A DNA stretch of 24,323 bases, from the IMG/VR virus record IMGVR_UViG_2645727563_000003, positions 1 through 24,323 of that record; one strand, given 5' to 3'. This document shows positions 8,917 through 19,589 of the stretch, piece by piece. The DNA is from a virus. Lineage: Duplodnaviria > Heunggongvirae > Uroviricota > Caudoviricetes. Positions within the stretch are counted from its first letter, which is position 1. Each line of letters starts with the position of its first letter. The notes under the pieces are model-generated. The model saw only the letters and a program-made list of their open reading frames with translations. It searched no databases and was not told where the DNA came from. Both the position numbers and the translations under genes were made by a program.

Positions 8917-9351
8917 TTATGCTGTAGTCGTGTTTATGGCCATAACTGCGGTATATGTTTTGCCCACATACAGCGAGTCTTCCTGGACACAAATAATGGC
9001 GATTGGCTTGTTCTCGTTATCCAGAACAACCAGAGTGTTGAATGGGTAGTTTTTCCCTTTCTGCAACTGGCTTTGATCAAGGTCCATTCGGACAGTAATT
9101 ATCCCGCCTGAGTAGGTTGGGACGAGGTTGATGGTGCAAAATTTACTGGTCAGTTCTGCCAGCTCGAAAGCCTTTGGCAGTTCTCCAATCTCATAAGTGC
9201 CATCTCCTTTCTTAGTAACCAGTGAACTGGTACCGAAAACGGCCTTGCTGATTAAAAATCGAGAGCCTTTGTTAATGGACGATTCAGCGCGCCGCTGATA
9301 GTAATAGTCCAACAACTGACTCTTATAGAGGTTTGTTGAGACGTCAGACAT
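8917..9351 (-). CDS. Tail/baseplate-associated protein (R position by synteny)
   Basis: 144-aa ORF directly upstream of the fibre gene in the same operon; no motif recognised. Confidence 0.55.
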   Translation of the reverse strand: MSDVSTNLYKSQLLDYYYQRRAESSINKGSRFLISKAVFGTSSLVTKKGDGTYEIGELPKAFELAELTSKFCTINLVPTYSGGIITVRMDLDQSQLQKGKNYPFNTLVVLDNENKPIAIICVQEDSLYVGKTYTAVMAINTTTA

Positions 9352-9429
9352 GATTTTCCCTAATCAATGTTGTGAAGCCTCATTGTAAGAGAAGTAACTT
9401 GTCACCCCGCCCTGCGGACGGGGTGATTG

Positions 9430-10269
9430 TCAGGCGTCGCTATCCAGCAACAAATCATCTGCGCGTGTGCGATCAAACGTAGGTGTCGCTTTCACAATAG
9501 TGCCACCAGGCGTTGCGGTGATCGGGGCGCTAATCGACGTAACTCCAGTAAGGGAAGTTGTATCCGAAGTTTCAAACCAGCAGTACGCTTTTTCGGTATC
9601 AGAAATCTCGTTCAAAGTGATCATGTCGGCCTGTTCATTCACAACAACCGACAAATAGAGCGTAAGCCCATCAAACACTATATGCAGTGGCAGTAGAGGC
9701 TTTACGAACTGATTAAACTTTCTGAGAATTTCTTCTGTAATTGCGGACTGATCTATCGTGCCAGTAATACCCATTGTCCGGGCCAGGTCGTTTATGGGAA
9801 TACTGATCATCCCTCTGGAAGTCAGAAACATCTCACCGAATGTGCCGCCGGTAGTTTCCAGTGTGCTTTCTGGTATTAGAACTGTGCCATAGGGATGACG
9901 TTCAAGGTCCACCGGTGCATATATCGGATCCCATAAAACAGAAATACCATTAAATTCGCGGTAAATTGTCTGGTTTATAGGGCGTTCAGTCCCCTTAAAG
10001 TGAATCTCATCAAGCCGCTGTTGTAACAACATCGGAACGGAAGATGAGTTTGAGGTTCTGATAGTAAAGAACTGGCCAAGTTCATTTGTCCTGGTCTCCA
10101 GATCCTCCTTGCTCATGGAAAAAATAGACTTCCGGTTGGTAATTCGCTCCAACCATGGGTCAACAAAGGTGTCCATCATTGACTGAACCAAATCAGCCAA
10201 TGATTTATAGAGCAATGACTTTTGCTTAGCTGATGTAAGCCGATTATTAAACCAGGAACGTTGCATCAC
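9430..10269 (-). CDS. Baseplate/tail protein (P1 gene 16 position by synteny)
   Basis: 279-aa ORF; ATG overlaps upstream stop (ATGA at 10266-10269). Confidence 0.6.
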   Translation of the reverse strand: MMQRSWFNNRLTSAKQKSLLYKSLADLVQSMMDTFVDPWLERITNRKSIFSMSKEDLETRTNELGQFFTIRTSNSSSVPMLLQQRLDEIHFKGTERPINQTIYREFNGISVLWDPIYAPVDLERHPYGTVLIPESTLETTGGTFGEMFLTSRGMISIPINDLARTMGITGTIDQSAITEEILRKFNQFVKPLLPLHIVFDGLTLYLSVVVNEQADMITLNEISDTEKAYCWFETSDTTSLTGVTSISAPITATPGGTIVKATPTFDRTRADDLLLDSDA

Positions 10270-11699
10270 TCCTCCTCATACGAAATATTAAAGGTGGAGT
10301 TTTCTGTATCCAGATAAACGAAATCGTAAAAGCCGTTGGACTCATTCCACTCGACAAATTCCAGATAAAAGTCGCGGAAATAACCCAGCGTTTCGATAAA
10401 TGCCCAAACGTCTTTTTTCTTGATCAGGATGTACTTGCCGACACCGTTCGGATCAAAGAAATTTGAGTCGCGCCCAAATTTTGTTTCCAGTGCCGACTTC
10501 AACTCATCAGTCACGTTCTCAATAGTCAGGCTTGCCGATATCCGCCCGGTGATGGTTATCTTAAATGGTAGTTTTCTGACCTCTTTATAAGAGAATTTCT
10601 TGTTCAGTTCATTCGGTACCTTCTTAAAGGCAGTCAGGATCATTTCTTCAAGCTCTGACTGGCTTTTATTTGGATGCCATCCTGAAATAAATATCTTATT
10701 GATATTCTGAACATTATAAGCACCATCTAATTTCTCTTGCTGGCCTTCGCCCCATGCCTTTACCCAGGACAGCCCCGGGATGTTACGAACCAGAAAATAC
10801 GTATAGTCCCCGCCCCATACGACCTGATCATCATAGGCAAGGTAATATTGTGCACGGTTACGTGTGATCTCCGTTGTTTCGGCATCGGTACCTGCGGTTA
10901 TAGGTGTCGTTGTCTTAACTGAAATCAAATTAGCTAAATTAGCCGCAGAATCGACAGGCGTCAGGTTTTGGCCAGCAACCAGGGTTATATCGCCGTTGGT
11001 GCACCATACCTTAAGCGTAATGGTCGAGCCTTCTGGCGGTATTTGCCCAATTAGCCCATCACCGAATCGAACCCCCAACTGCTCGGATGGTTTATAAAAC
11101 TCAACGTAGACCTGGCTTTTACTACCGGCTAACCGGAACATAGTGCTGGAAGACCACTGCGTGGTCTTACCATCGGTCGTCACGAATACTTCCAGCTTAT
11201 AGCAGACAGCAGTGAGAGCCTTTGATAACACGACTTCCAGAAATTCTTTGGCTGCCGTAACGGTATATGTCACCTCCTGGATTTCCAACTGTGCCACTTC
11301 TACCGTACCGGTGCCGTCAACCAACCTGCATACATCCATAGTCATGTAAGGATACTGGTCGTCAGATATTAAAGGCATGTTTTTGGGGATTACCGCTGGG
11401 GCATCTTCACTTGTGGCGGTGATCTCAATCATCCCCGATGACGGTGTTGGCTTGGTACCAACGTAACTATTCGTTTCTGCCGCTGCCAGGATAGAAGAAC
11501 GCCGCGTCGCGGTCGATATAAAGCCTTCAGCCAGCGCCGCATCGGCATACTGAAAGCACCTGTAGACAATCTGGGTAATAAACAATGTCAGCATCGAGAC
11601 AAATTGAGAGCCGACAAACTTCGACCAGAATGAATCTTTCTCGACAAGCTCTTCAAACTCTGCACGAATACTGTCTTTAGTAGGTGTTGTTTTACTCAT
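10266..11699 (-). CDS. Baseplate protein (BplA position by synteny)
   Basis: 477-aa ORF; start overlaps upstream stop by 4 nt. Size and position fit a baseplate component. Confidence 0.6.
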   Translation of the reverse strand: MSKTTPTKDSIRAEFEELVEKDSFWSKFVGSQFVSMLTLFITQIVYRCFQYADAALAEGFISTATRRSSILAAAETNSYVGTKPTPSSGMIEITATSEDAPAVIPKNMPLISDDQYPYMTMDVCRLVDGTGTVEVAQLEIQEVTYTVTAAKEFLEVVLSKALTAVCYKLEVFVTTDGKTTQWSSSTMFRLAGSKSQVYVEFYKPSEQLGVRFGDGLIGQIPPEGSTITLKVWCTNGDITLVAGQNLTPVDSAANLANLISVKTTTPITAGTDAETTEITRNRAQYYLAYDDQVVWGGDYTYFLVRNIPGLSWVKAWGEGQQEKLDGAYNVQNINKIFISGWHPNKSQSELEEMILTAFKKVPNELNKKFSYKEVRKLPFKITITGRISASLTIENVTDELKSALETKFGRDSNFFDPNGVGKYILIKKKDVWAFIETLGYFRDFYLEFVEWNESNGFYDFVYLDTENSTFNISYEEE

Positions 11700-12055
11700 A
11701 GCACCACGTCCTGTGTGATAGTTATATCCCTGATACGAATGGATATTTTCAACTTATCAAAAGCATCTCCCTCGGCTACTGACAAGCCAGAAATCGGTAT
11801 GTCGGGTAAATCTACCGTCAGTTTTTGCAAAAGCATTGCCTCAACCGCAATTTGAACATGCGACAAGTTGGTCGGTTCGTGTTTAAACTGCGGTAAAACA
11901 TTGCCCCATGACGGATCTCCGTATACCTCACCCTGATAAGTGTTTAGCCACTCATATAAACGAGCGCCCCAGGCCTCCTCCTGGGACTCATACGTTTTTA
12001 CGCCGGATAACTCCAGCGTCAGCAAAGGATCAATTTCGTTATTGTTGGCCATCAA
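11696..12055 (-). CDS. Small baseplate/morphogenesis protein (PmgA position by synteny)
   Basis: 119-aa ORF, 4-nt overlap with the tape measure gene stop. Confidence 0.55.
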   Translation of the reverse strand: MMANNNEIDPLLTLELSGVKTYESQEEAWGARLYEWLNTYQGEVYGDPSWGNVLPQFKHEPTNLSHVQIAVEAMLLQKLTVDLPDIPISGLSVAEGDAFDKLKISIRIRDITITQDVVL

Positions 12056-15000
12056 TCAACTCTCGCGTAGTCATTCATCAACGGATCATCAATTGACAGT
12101 GGCACCGTGCGCATAACGCCCGGTTGAGGCGTGCTGACCTTTACGACAGTTCCCTGGCCTTTCGCCGAGTCTTTAGTGTGCTCTTCAATCCTGGCAAGCA
12201 ATGAGGTCATCTGCGCAAACAGCCGCTTCGTTTCACCATCAAGTGAAACGGTATTATCAGCCAACTGCATTGTCGGCTTGGCACCGGAGCCGCCAAGGTC
12301 ACTAATAACCTGTCCGTCTATCTGCATACGACCGGTTGGTTGCTGCAAATCGTTGGCGGCAGTCGTCACCTGGGACGTGGAGGCTGGTTCAGGCGCATTA
12401 TTTTTCCGCATCCCCGGCGAGTTGCGGAGTTTATCAAATAGTCCATCAATCCCCATTTGTGCGCCGAGTTGGTCAAAGTAACTTGAATTGCTGGCCACCG
12501 GACGTGCCTCTTCAACTGGCATAGGTGTATCAACATACACATTGCCAGCTGCCGTTGCGGTCCCCTTCCCTCGTGCACGTTCTTCGAGCGTTCCCTGAAC
12601 GACTTCCCGACGCATACCCCGGCCATTCATGAATTTGTTGACCAGATCATTCACCCCCGTAAGTTCACCAATCCGGTCTACTAATCCCCCTTTTTCAAAC
12701 GGATTTTCGCCAGGGGTAAACGCCAGGCCCGTAGACTGATCAACAAAGGCGTTTTCCGGAAGGTTATCCATTCTAGGGGATTGGCTGCCTTGTTGCTGTC
12801 TTTGTTGCTGTCTCCCCCCTTGTGAACCCGCCCCGGGGGTATAAATATCACCACCTAAATAGCGAGCACGATGAGTATTGACCTTAATCGCATACTCGCG
12901 GTTTTCCTTCGATAATTCACCGGTGCCTTTTTTCCACTTATTAATAGTGCCAAACCCGGCGTTATATGCAGTGATGGCCTCGTTCCAATCTCCCTTTGCT
13001 TGTTTCAAATAATTGCTCATGAGAAGAGCAGCAGCTTCTGCCGATTTTTCTGGATTAAAAGAATCTTCCCGAGATAATCCAGTTTCCTTACGGGCAATGT
13101 CCGTAAACTGAAACATCCCGAGCGCACCACCACTCTTTTTCCCATTAACCCATCTTAACTGGGATACTGCATTTGGATTACCATTTGATTCAGTGGCTGC
13201 TATCGCATAAAGAGTACCTTCAGGAAGGCCATACTTTTTCTCAAGTTCAGCAAAATATGGAGCCAACTTATCGAGATTTGCCTTACCTTCAGCGCCAAGA
13301 CTTCCGACTTTTACATCCAAGTTGCCATTGTTGTAGGTATCCGCAGCTTTCTGAATGTCATTCCTGGTGCCAGTGGTATTAAGCGACGATGATGACGAGC
13401 TATTTTGACCAATAGCTTTATCAATTTTCTGCAACGCGCTATTGCCCGTTTCTACGGCATTTGCATTGATTATCTGATTGGCAGTTTCTTTAACTGTTTT
13501 ATTGCTATCTTTCGCCGTATCTAGGGATGCATTTACAACACGAGTGACAATATTAGCCTTTTTAGAGGTATATTCAGTCTTAGGAGCATTGTCCTCCTGA
13601 CGTTCTTTAGCAGGTGTTTTTAATTCAGGTGTAACCTCTTTCGCATCCGCTTTATTGACTAGCTTTGATGCAACCCAGGCCACTGGGGTGCTCTGAACAG
13701 CGGCATCTGCAACCTCACCTGAAAGCTCTTTTGCGGCACTCCATAGATTACTGCCAGCTTCTTTAATGTATTTCCCTGGGTTCTTAATGAAATCAATTGC
13801 ACTATCAATTGCATCACTGAAAACCTGTTTCAGGTTATCGACAGTAAAGAAGTCTTTGATGGCGTCTAATTTTTCGTTCAGACTCTTGGTTGTGTCACTG
13901 AACCAGGCTGAAATAGCATCGCCAATCTTGGCTGTGTAATCGTTGAATGTTGTGGATATGGTGTCACCAAGGTTAGAAATATATGTTTCTAAGTTGGTAA
14001 TCCCACTATCAATGGCCTGAGCAATACTTTCCGTCGAAAATGATTGCAACATATTGCCGATATCCTCAAATCCAAGTGATTTGAGAACCTCACCAATGGC
14101 GCTGCTAATACCAGATACCAGTCCCCCCATATCGAGAACGTTAGCCAGTGTATAAGCCGCTTTTTGCTGAAAAGATGGATCTTCCCCATCCTTAAGCCCA
14201 AAGGTCCGACGTTGTGCTTCTGTATCATTCCAACCGGTTACCGCATCATAGATACCTCCAGCCACCGTGCCGACTAGCGGAATTGCGCGTAAAGCCCCCT
14301 TTGCAAGAGCCTTAACACCTAGTTTCCCCAATCCCTTAGTTGCAAGTTTTCCGGCACCGCGAGTAGCCAATTCGCCAGCTTCTTTGGCAGCAGCTTTTTT
14401 CCCACCAAAGCCCAATAAGCTTGCAACTTTTTTTATACCTAAAGCGCCTAGTGCCATCGAGCCAACTTTCTTTAGTACCCCACGGCCAAAAATAAGGGAA
14501 GCAATACCACCGGCCCCCTTCCCTAACAGGCTAAATAGTTTGGACAGCAAGCCGCCCTTCTTTTTCCCGGTGTTTTTGGCTATCTGATCAAGGGCGCTGA
14601 GAATCTTGTCATTGCCCTCTTTAATTTCGCTGGTCTGCTCCTGAAGTTCCTGAACCGTCCGTTTTTGGGTGTTAACCTGAACGACATCGGCACTATTTTG
14701 CGATTTACGCCTAAAAAAACCTTTTCTACGGCTGTTATCGTCATTGCCACGAATCACATCGGCAATAGACTTTCTGGCACCATTAAGCGATCCACCAACT
14801 TCTTTTGATATCCCGCCAAGCTCCTTCCCTGCTGCCCACAATGGACCAGCAACGGCATAACCTAACGCATCGACGGCACGAGTCTCTGAAGGGTTACCTA
14901 TGCCTTCAGCTACTTTTGACAGTTTTTTTAATAAACCTGATTCAGCATTTAGACGCTCATCATCCTCTTTGCGCCTGGCCTTTTCAGCACGTTCAGCACG

Positions 15001-15801
15001 GGCATCTTCCGCTGCGGCCTTACTCCCTGACTTTCCAATAAAACGACCACGCGCATCGCGTTGGTTTTGGCTTTTTTGCGCACCGCCTTTTTGATCGAAC
15101 ATTTCGCGAGCGTGTTCGGCTGCTTCGGTCCGTTGTGCCTTTATATCCTCTGGTATAGCCTTCCTGCGTCGTTTTTTACCCTTTGGTGTAGTTGATTTGG
15201 CCTGCTGTTCCTGTTGAGCAATGCCCTCCTGAACTACACGAGAAACGTCCCCTAAATTAAGCCGTTTCATTGCGTCAACAATAGGGTCTACTGATGGCGC
15301 ATTGGCCACAAAGTCTGGCCGGGAATTTTCGATTGTTCGATTTAATGCCGACACACTGCGAGATACTGGGTCAACCGTTGCAACGCGTTCCCCTTTCAAA
15401 TCACGAGCGAGTTTGACCGTTTCTAACCGCTGTGCTTTAACATCCTCTGTTATTGCCTCTCTTCGTCTATTTGGGGGATTGTGCGCTGTTGGTGCAGCCT
15501 GCTGTGCACGGTTAGTGACTTTGTCCTCCCGTATACGAGAAACGTCCCCTAAATTAAGCCGTTTTATTGCGTCAACAATAGGGTCCACTGATGGCGCATT
15601 GGTCACAAAGTCAGGACGTGAATTTTCGATTGTGCGATTTAATGCCGACACACTGCGAGAGACAGGATCAACAGTTGCAACTCGTTCCCCTTTCAAATCT
15701 TCAACAGCTTCCCGAATACCTGCAAGCTCTTCCAGCTCTTTCGCGCTGGCGGTTTCAACTGTCCTTATAACATCGTCAATATTGGCGTTTTTTCTTTCCA
15801 T
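12052..15801 (-). CDS. sit: Tape measure protein with lytic transglycosylase (SLT) domain, Sit-like
   Basis: 1249-aa ORF. Gly/Ala/Lys-rich hydrophobic block typical of tape measures; SLT-like motif LPEGTLYAIAATESNGNPNAVS...GALGMFQF; internal ~99-aa tandem duplication near the N-terminus. Confidence 0.75.
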   Translation of the reverse strand: MERKNANIDDVIRTVETASAKELEELAGIREAVEDLKGERVATVDPVSRSVSALNRTIENSRPDFVTNAPSVDPIVDAIKRLNLGDVSRIREDKVTNRAQQAAPTAHNPPNRRREAITEDVKAQRLETVKLARDLKGERVATVDPVSRSVSALNRTIENSRPDFVANAPSVDPIVDAMKRLNLGDVSRVVQEGIAQQEQQAKSTTPKGKKRRRKAIPEDIKAQRTEAAEHAREMFDQKGGAQKSQNQRDARGRFIGKSGSKAAAEDARAERAEKARRKEDDERLNAESGLLKKLSKVAEGIGNPSETRAVDALGYAVAGPLWAAGKELGGISKEVGGSLNGARKSIADVIRGNDDNSRRKGFFRRKSQNSADVVQVNTQKRTVQELQEQTSEIKEGNDKILSALDQIAKNTGKKKGGLLSKLFSLLGKGAGGIASLIFGRGVLKKVGSMALGALGIKKVASLLGFGGKKAAAKEAGELATRGAGKLATKGLGKLGVKALAKGALRAIPLVGTVAGGIYDAVTGWNDTEAQRRTFGLKDGEDPSFQQKAAYTLANVLDMGGLVSGISSAIGEVLKSLGFEDIGNMLQSFSTESIAQAIDSGITNLETYISNLGDTISTTFNDYTAKIGDAISAWFSDTTKSLNEKLDAIKDFFTVDNLKQVFSDAIDSAIDFIKNPGKYIKEAGSNLWSAAKELSGEVADAAVQSTPVAWVASKLVNKADAKEVTPELKTPAKERQEDNAPKTEYTSKKANIVTRVVNASLDTAKDSNKTVKETANQIINANAVETGNSALQKIDKAIGQNSSSSSSLNTTGTRNDIQKAADTYNNGNLDVKVGSLGAEGKANLDKLAPYFAELEKKYGLPEGTLYAIAATESNGNPNAVSQLRWVNGKKSGGALGMFQFTDIARKETGLSREDSFNPEKSAEAAALLMSNYLKQAKGDWNEAITAYNAGFGTINKWKKGTGELSKENREYAIKVNTHRARYLGGDIYTPGAGSQGGRQQQRQQQGSQSPRMDNLPENAFVDQSTGLAFTPGENPFEKGGLVDRIGELTGVNDLVNKFMNGRGMRREVVQGTLEERARGKGTATAAGNVYVDTPMPVEEARPVASNSSYFDQLGAQMGIDGLFDKLRNSPGMRKNNAPEPASTSQVTTAANDLQQPTGRMQIDGQVISDLGGSGAKPTMQLADNTVSLDGETKRLFAQMTSLLARIEEHTKDSAKGQGTVVKVSTPQPGVMRTVPLSIDDPLMNDYARVD
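15232..15707 (-). repeat. Tandem direct duplication (297-bp period) inside the tape measure gene
   Basis: Two ~165-180-bp copies starting near 15232 and 15529, by eye well over 90% identical, both encoding LKGERVATVDPVSRSVSALNRTIENSRPDFV.NAPSVDPIVDA.KRLNLGDVSR. Confidence 0.8.
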
Positions 15802-15882
15802 GATCTTATCGCCTACCGTTTCGGTTTAAGTTTTTCTTCCAGTTTCTCCAACAGGAAAAACGCATAGGATTCAGTAAGCCTT

Positions 15883-16764
15883 TCAGCGTCCTGAATCGGT
15901 ATACCCCCATACAAAACCAGGTTGGACACTAAGGTCTGATAGCTTTTCAATCCCCACCTGTGGAATGAAGTCGGTAGCCCGAAAGGGCACCCACAGACGG
16001 GTATATGCACCCTCTGTGGACTCCTTTTTATCCTGATTTGGGCATTGATGCGGCGGGAGACGAAGACGCATTTCACCTTTATCGATGTAGCACGGTAAAC
16101 CGTGTTCGAGCTTTTCATGAGCCAGTCGGATGTGGGCCGCCAGCTTCATAAATTCAGTATCAATGGCCATCCGTTTAATCGTTTCATAACGACGCTCAGC
16201 CTGATCTTCACGAGTACCGCTAACATCGTTATAAAGCTCACACTGATAAGCGAATTCCCAAAAACGCAAATCAACGATCGCTTCTTTGAATTCCGCGTCG
16301 TCTTCAGGTGGCAATGCTGCACGGCGCATCTCCAGCATTTCCATTGCCCAACCATCAAGCGGCACGATACGCCATTGATAAGGTACTCCCTCTACAGACA
16401 CCTCAATATCGTCAATGAAAGGTTCCACTTCCAGGACCTGGATATCTTCAGCCAGAGCATTCATATCGCAATCGTAATAATGCTCTTTACCGCAATGTTT
16501 ACAGGTGTAGGTGAATGTCTCGACCGGTGTTTCACGGGAGCCGGTAAATATCCACCATAACGCGGTAATCCGGTCCTGCGCCGTCCATGTCAGGGGATCA
16601 TGTTTCGCGGGTTCAGCCAGCAAGGCTTTTAAATACGCCGTTGTCTGTTGTTCTTGTTCCTCCGGTGTTATCGAGTTGAAACGCATCGCATCAGCAATAT
16701 TTGGCTGACGGAACTGGATCAATTCAGTTGGCCGCGATGGTAGCGGGAAAAGAGGTAAAAGCAT
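15883..16764 (-). CDS. Tail morphogenesis protein (PmgB position by synteny)
   Basis: 293-aa ORF between tube-like and tape measure genes; cysteine cluster CKHCGKEHYYDCD. Confidence 0.55.
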   Translation of the reverse strand: MLLPLFPLPSRPTELIQFRQPNIADAMRFNSITPEEQEQQTTAYLKALLAEPAKHDPLTWTAQDRITALWWIFTGSRETPVETFTYTCKHCGKEHYYDCDMNALAEDIQVLEVEPFIDDIEVSVEGVPYQWRIVPLDGWAMEMLEMRRAALPPEDDAEFKEAIVDLRFWEFAYQCELYNDVSGTREDQAERRYETIKRMAIDTEFMKLAAHIRLAHEKLEHGLPCYIDKGEMRLRLPPHQCPNQDKKESTEGAYTRLWVPFRATDFIPQVGIEKLSDLSVQPGFVWGYTDSGR

Positions 16765-16778
16765 CCTTGCTCCTTAAT

Positions 16779-17390
16779 TCAAAGAGAAAAGCTAAAGCCC
16801 AGAAGGGAAGCCAAAGAACTTGAGGATTGGTTAAACGTGCTGTGCAATGCGAAGGTCATTGGGAATGACTTAAATTCAGTAACCTGATCTCGCGCATAGG
16901 TGACATCGCCGGTAGTGACCGGGAATACCGTCATCTCATTTTCCAGTTTGGTTAAGCCGGAAGACAGCAACCGATAAATACGCACATTGAGCAAATATTT
17001 AGACGGTATATTCCCGGTACCGTCCGGATTGATCACCCGACTTTTTGCCGTCTTAAACCAGTCCAAAACGAGGCCATCAACGGTATCCCTGACCATCATT
17101 GTTATCTGCCCAGGCGAACGCTCCGTTGGTTGAAGGATATTCCCTCCGCCGATTTTAATCGTTTCATATTCGATGCTGTAATCGTGGTAGGTAATATCTT
17201 TGGCAAAGAAGTCTGCCCCCTCCAGTCCATCAACTTCGACAGAGAACTGCCATCCTTGCGCGAACAGCATTTTGTTCATGATGATTGACGTCAGCTTACC
17301 AACTTCCCGTTCACCAACGCCGGAGCCAAATAATGTCGTCGTTAATGCCGAAGATACATAAGACTTTACTGAAGCAACATTAAACCCCAT
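16779..17390 (-). CDS. Putative tail tube protein (Tub position by synteny)
   Basis: 203-aa ORF upstream of the chaperone-position gene and tape measure; assignment by order and size. Confidence 0.5.
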   Translation of the reverse strand: MGFNVASVKSYVSSALTTTLFGSGVGEREVGKLTSIIMNKMLFAQGWQFSVEVDGLEGADFFAKDITYHDYSIEYETIKIGGGNILQPTERSPGQITMMVRDTVDGLVLDWFKTAKSRVINPDGTGNIPSKYLLNVRIYRLLSSGLTKLENEMTVFPVTTGDVTYARDQVTEFKSFPMTFALHSTFNQSSSSLASLLGFSFSL

Positions 17391-17400
17391 ATCAGCCCCC

Positions 17401-18008
<608 letters not shown>

Positions 18009-18047
18009 TTGTCATTTGTGACAGTATGCTCGCAATCGTAGTGATTA

Positions 18048-18587
18048 CTACCACCAACTGCTAGCTTTCTTCTCTCTAGCTTTTCCTTCGCTTTGCAGTA
18101 AATCTTTACTTCCTGTAGAAATATTTCTATTTGCATCAGCCTCAGACTGAATTACATCTGTCTTAGCTGCTCTCTCCTTCAACTCCTGCTCTATAAAATC
18201 GTTTTCTCGCTGGACACGAGCCGCTTTTGCTTGCAGTTCGAGTTTCATGCTTTCGAGTTGCAGCTTGCGAAGCTCATCCTCATAAGCTTGATCTCGCTTC
18301 TTGTCATTTGCTAGCTCGGCTTCTCGTTTCGCTCTACGTTCATTTTCTGCAGCAACACGCTGTTTTTCGCGTGCAGCAGCGGCAGATGCTGCTTTTTCTC
18401 TTCTAATACGTTCAGCTTGTGCTTGTTGGCGAATAAGTTCTTTTCTGGCATCCTCAGCTTGCTGCTCTTTAGCTCGCCCTTCATTTTCCGCTTGAGCAAT
18501 AGCAGCAATTTGACTTTGCAACGAGTTAGCCAAGGCAGTGCCTACACTAAACGTAGAAAAGATTAGAAATAAAATAATTTTATTCAT
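18048..18587 (-). CDS. Secreted, highly charged coiled-coil protein (TolA-like repeat character)
   Basis: 179-aa ORF; signal peptide MNKIILFLIFSTFSVGTALA then Ala/Glu/Lys/Arg/Gln-rich helix. Visibly lower GC than the tail genes. Confidence 0.65.
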   Translation of the reverse strand: MNKIILFLIFSTFSVGTALANSLQSQIAAIAQAENEGRAKEQQAEDARKELIRQQAQAERIRREKAASAAAAREKQRVAAENERRAKREAELANDKKRDQAYEDELRKLQLESMKLELQAKAARVQRENDFIEQELKERAAKTDVIQSEADANRNISTGSKDLLQSEGKAREKKASSWW

Positions 18588-18590
18588 AAA

Positions 18591-19112
18591 TTATTTCTTT
18601 TCTGGACAAGTAGCATTTGGCTGAATTCGAGTTTCATTATCTTTAGTTGAAATAAGCACAGCAAGCCCCGTTGTAAACTGGCATGCTTTACCAACTTGAG
18701 TTGAAGTGAACACCTTAGTTCCTTCTTTATAAGTCAGTGAAACACCTTCAACAATTGTTTTATCACTAACCAAAGAACCAGCCGCTGCACCAAGAGCCGC
18801 ACCACCAGTACCGCCAGCTACAGCACCCAGTGTCGATGTGCCTTTAACATTATAACCGGCAACGCCCCCAGCAACAGCTCCCAGTACCGCACCAAATGTC
18901 TGTGCCGCTTCTTTATTAGCTTTATTATCAACTTTCACTTTAGCTGGAAGCACAGAGATAATATTGACTGTCTTTGTTTCCTGCTTCGAATTCAATTGAG
19001 CGGTATCATAAACATCGGCAGCATAATCAGCACCGCTAGATTGACACCCAGAAAGAAGAATTGCAGATACAACAAGAGCGCATAAAGTATACTTTTTAGA
19101 CATAAGAATCAT
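18591..19112 (-). CDS. Lipoprotein with glycine-zipper motif
   Basis: 173-aa ORF; lipobox LSGC after a hydrophobic leader, then GAVLGAVAGGVAGY...GAVAGGTGGAALGAAAGS. Start may be the ATG at 19103 instead. Low GC. Confidence 0.65.
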   Translation of the reverse strand: MILMSKKYTLCALVVSAILLSGCQSSGADYAADVYDTAQLNSKQETKTVNIISVLPAKVKVDNKANKEAAQTFGAVLGAVAGGVAGYNVKGTSTLGAVAGGTGGAALGAAAGSLVSDKTIVEGVSLTYKEGTKVFTSTQVGKACQFTTGLAVLISTKDNETRIQPNATCPEKK

Positions 19113-19393
19113 CCCAGAAAAACAAAAACCGGCGAGAAGTTACCACGAGAACGGAAAGTAAACAAGAATACTCCCATTGACTTATATCAATTAATCAACT
19201 TTTTATAAGCTATCCCTAACTTATTGTGTATAGCTGAAAAGTCAGAGACAAGTTCACCATCTGCATTATTTCTTAAGTTAATAGTTTATTGCTAACTTAA
19301 TTTATGTATCGACTATTGATATCCATCTTAAAGTTACAATATCCCTCTGCATTATTTTTCATCACAAATAATATATCTATTGCACGACACTAA

Positions 19394-19410
19394 TCTGCTC
19401 TAATAAATTT
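19394..19410 (+). promoter_or_regulatory. C1-type repressor operator candidate upstream of the c4/icd/ant unit
   Basis: tctgctctaataaattt matches the recalled P1 C1 operator consensus ATTGCTCTAATAAATTT at 15/17. Confidence 0.55.
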
Positions 19411-19448
19411 GTATTTTTAAGTCGCGAATGCTATCTTTTTGCATCATA

Positions 19449-19477
19449 TTGACCTTTTAATCGTTCAGGCTTATAGT
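19449..19477 (+). promoter_or_regulatory. Sigma70-like promoter candidate for the c4/icd/ant transcript
   Basis: TTGACC (19449-19454), 17-bp spacer, TATAGT (19472-19477), in an AT-rich intergenic region. Confidence 0.4.
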
Positions 19478-19589
19478 TTCGCCGTCGTAGCAAATTCTGC
19501 GACCGGGTTTAGCAGCCTGAATGATTGTGCGGACAGCCGCAGATATCCGATATTGCGGTATTTTTGTGTCCGTAAAACCGCGTTACGCC

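Noticed and set aside
15813-16118. 101-aa alternative-frame ORF overlapping the 3' end of the 293-aa gene, considered as a frameshift extension (the GAU-AAA-AAG site at 16024-16032 resembles a slippery heptamer)
   Set aside because: That ORF is in the +1 frame relative to the gene; the -1 frame after the A-AAA-AAG site stops after ~27 codons. No evidence beyond chance.
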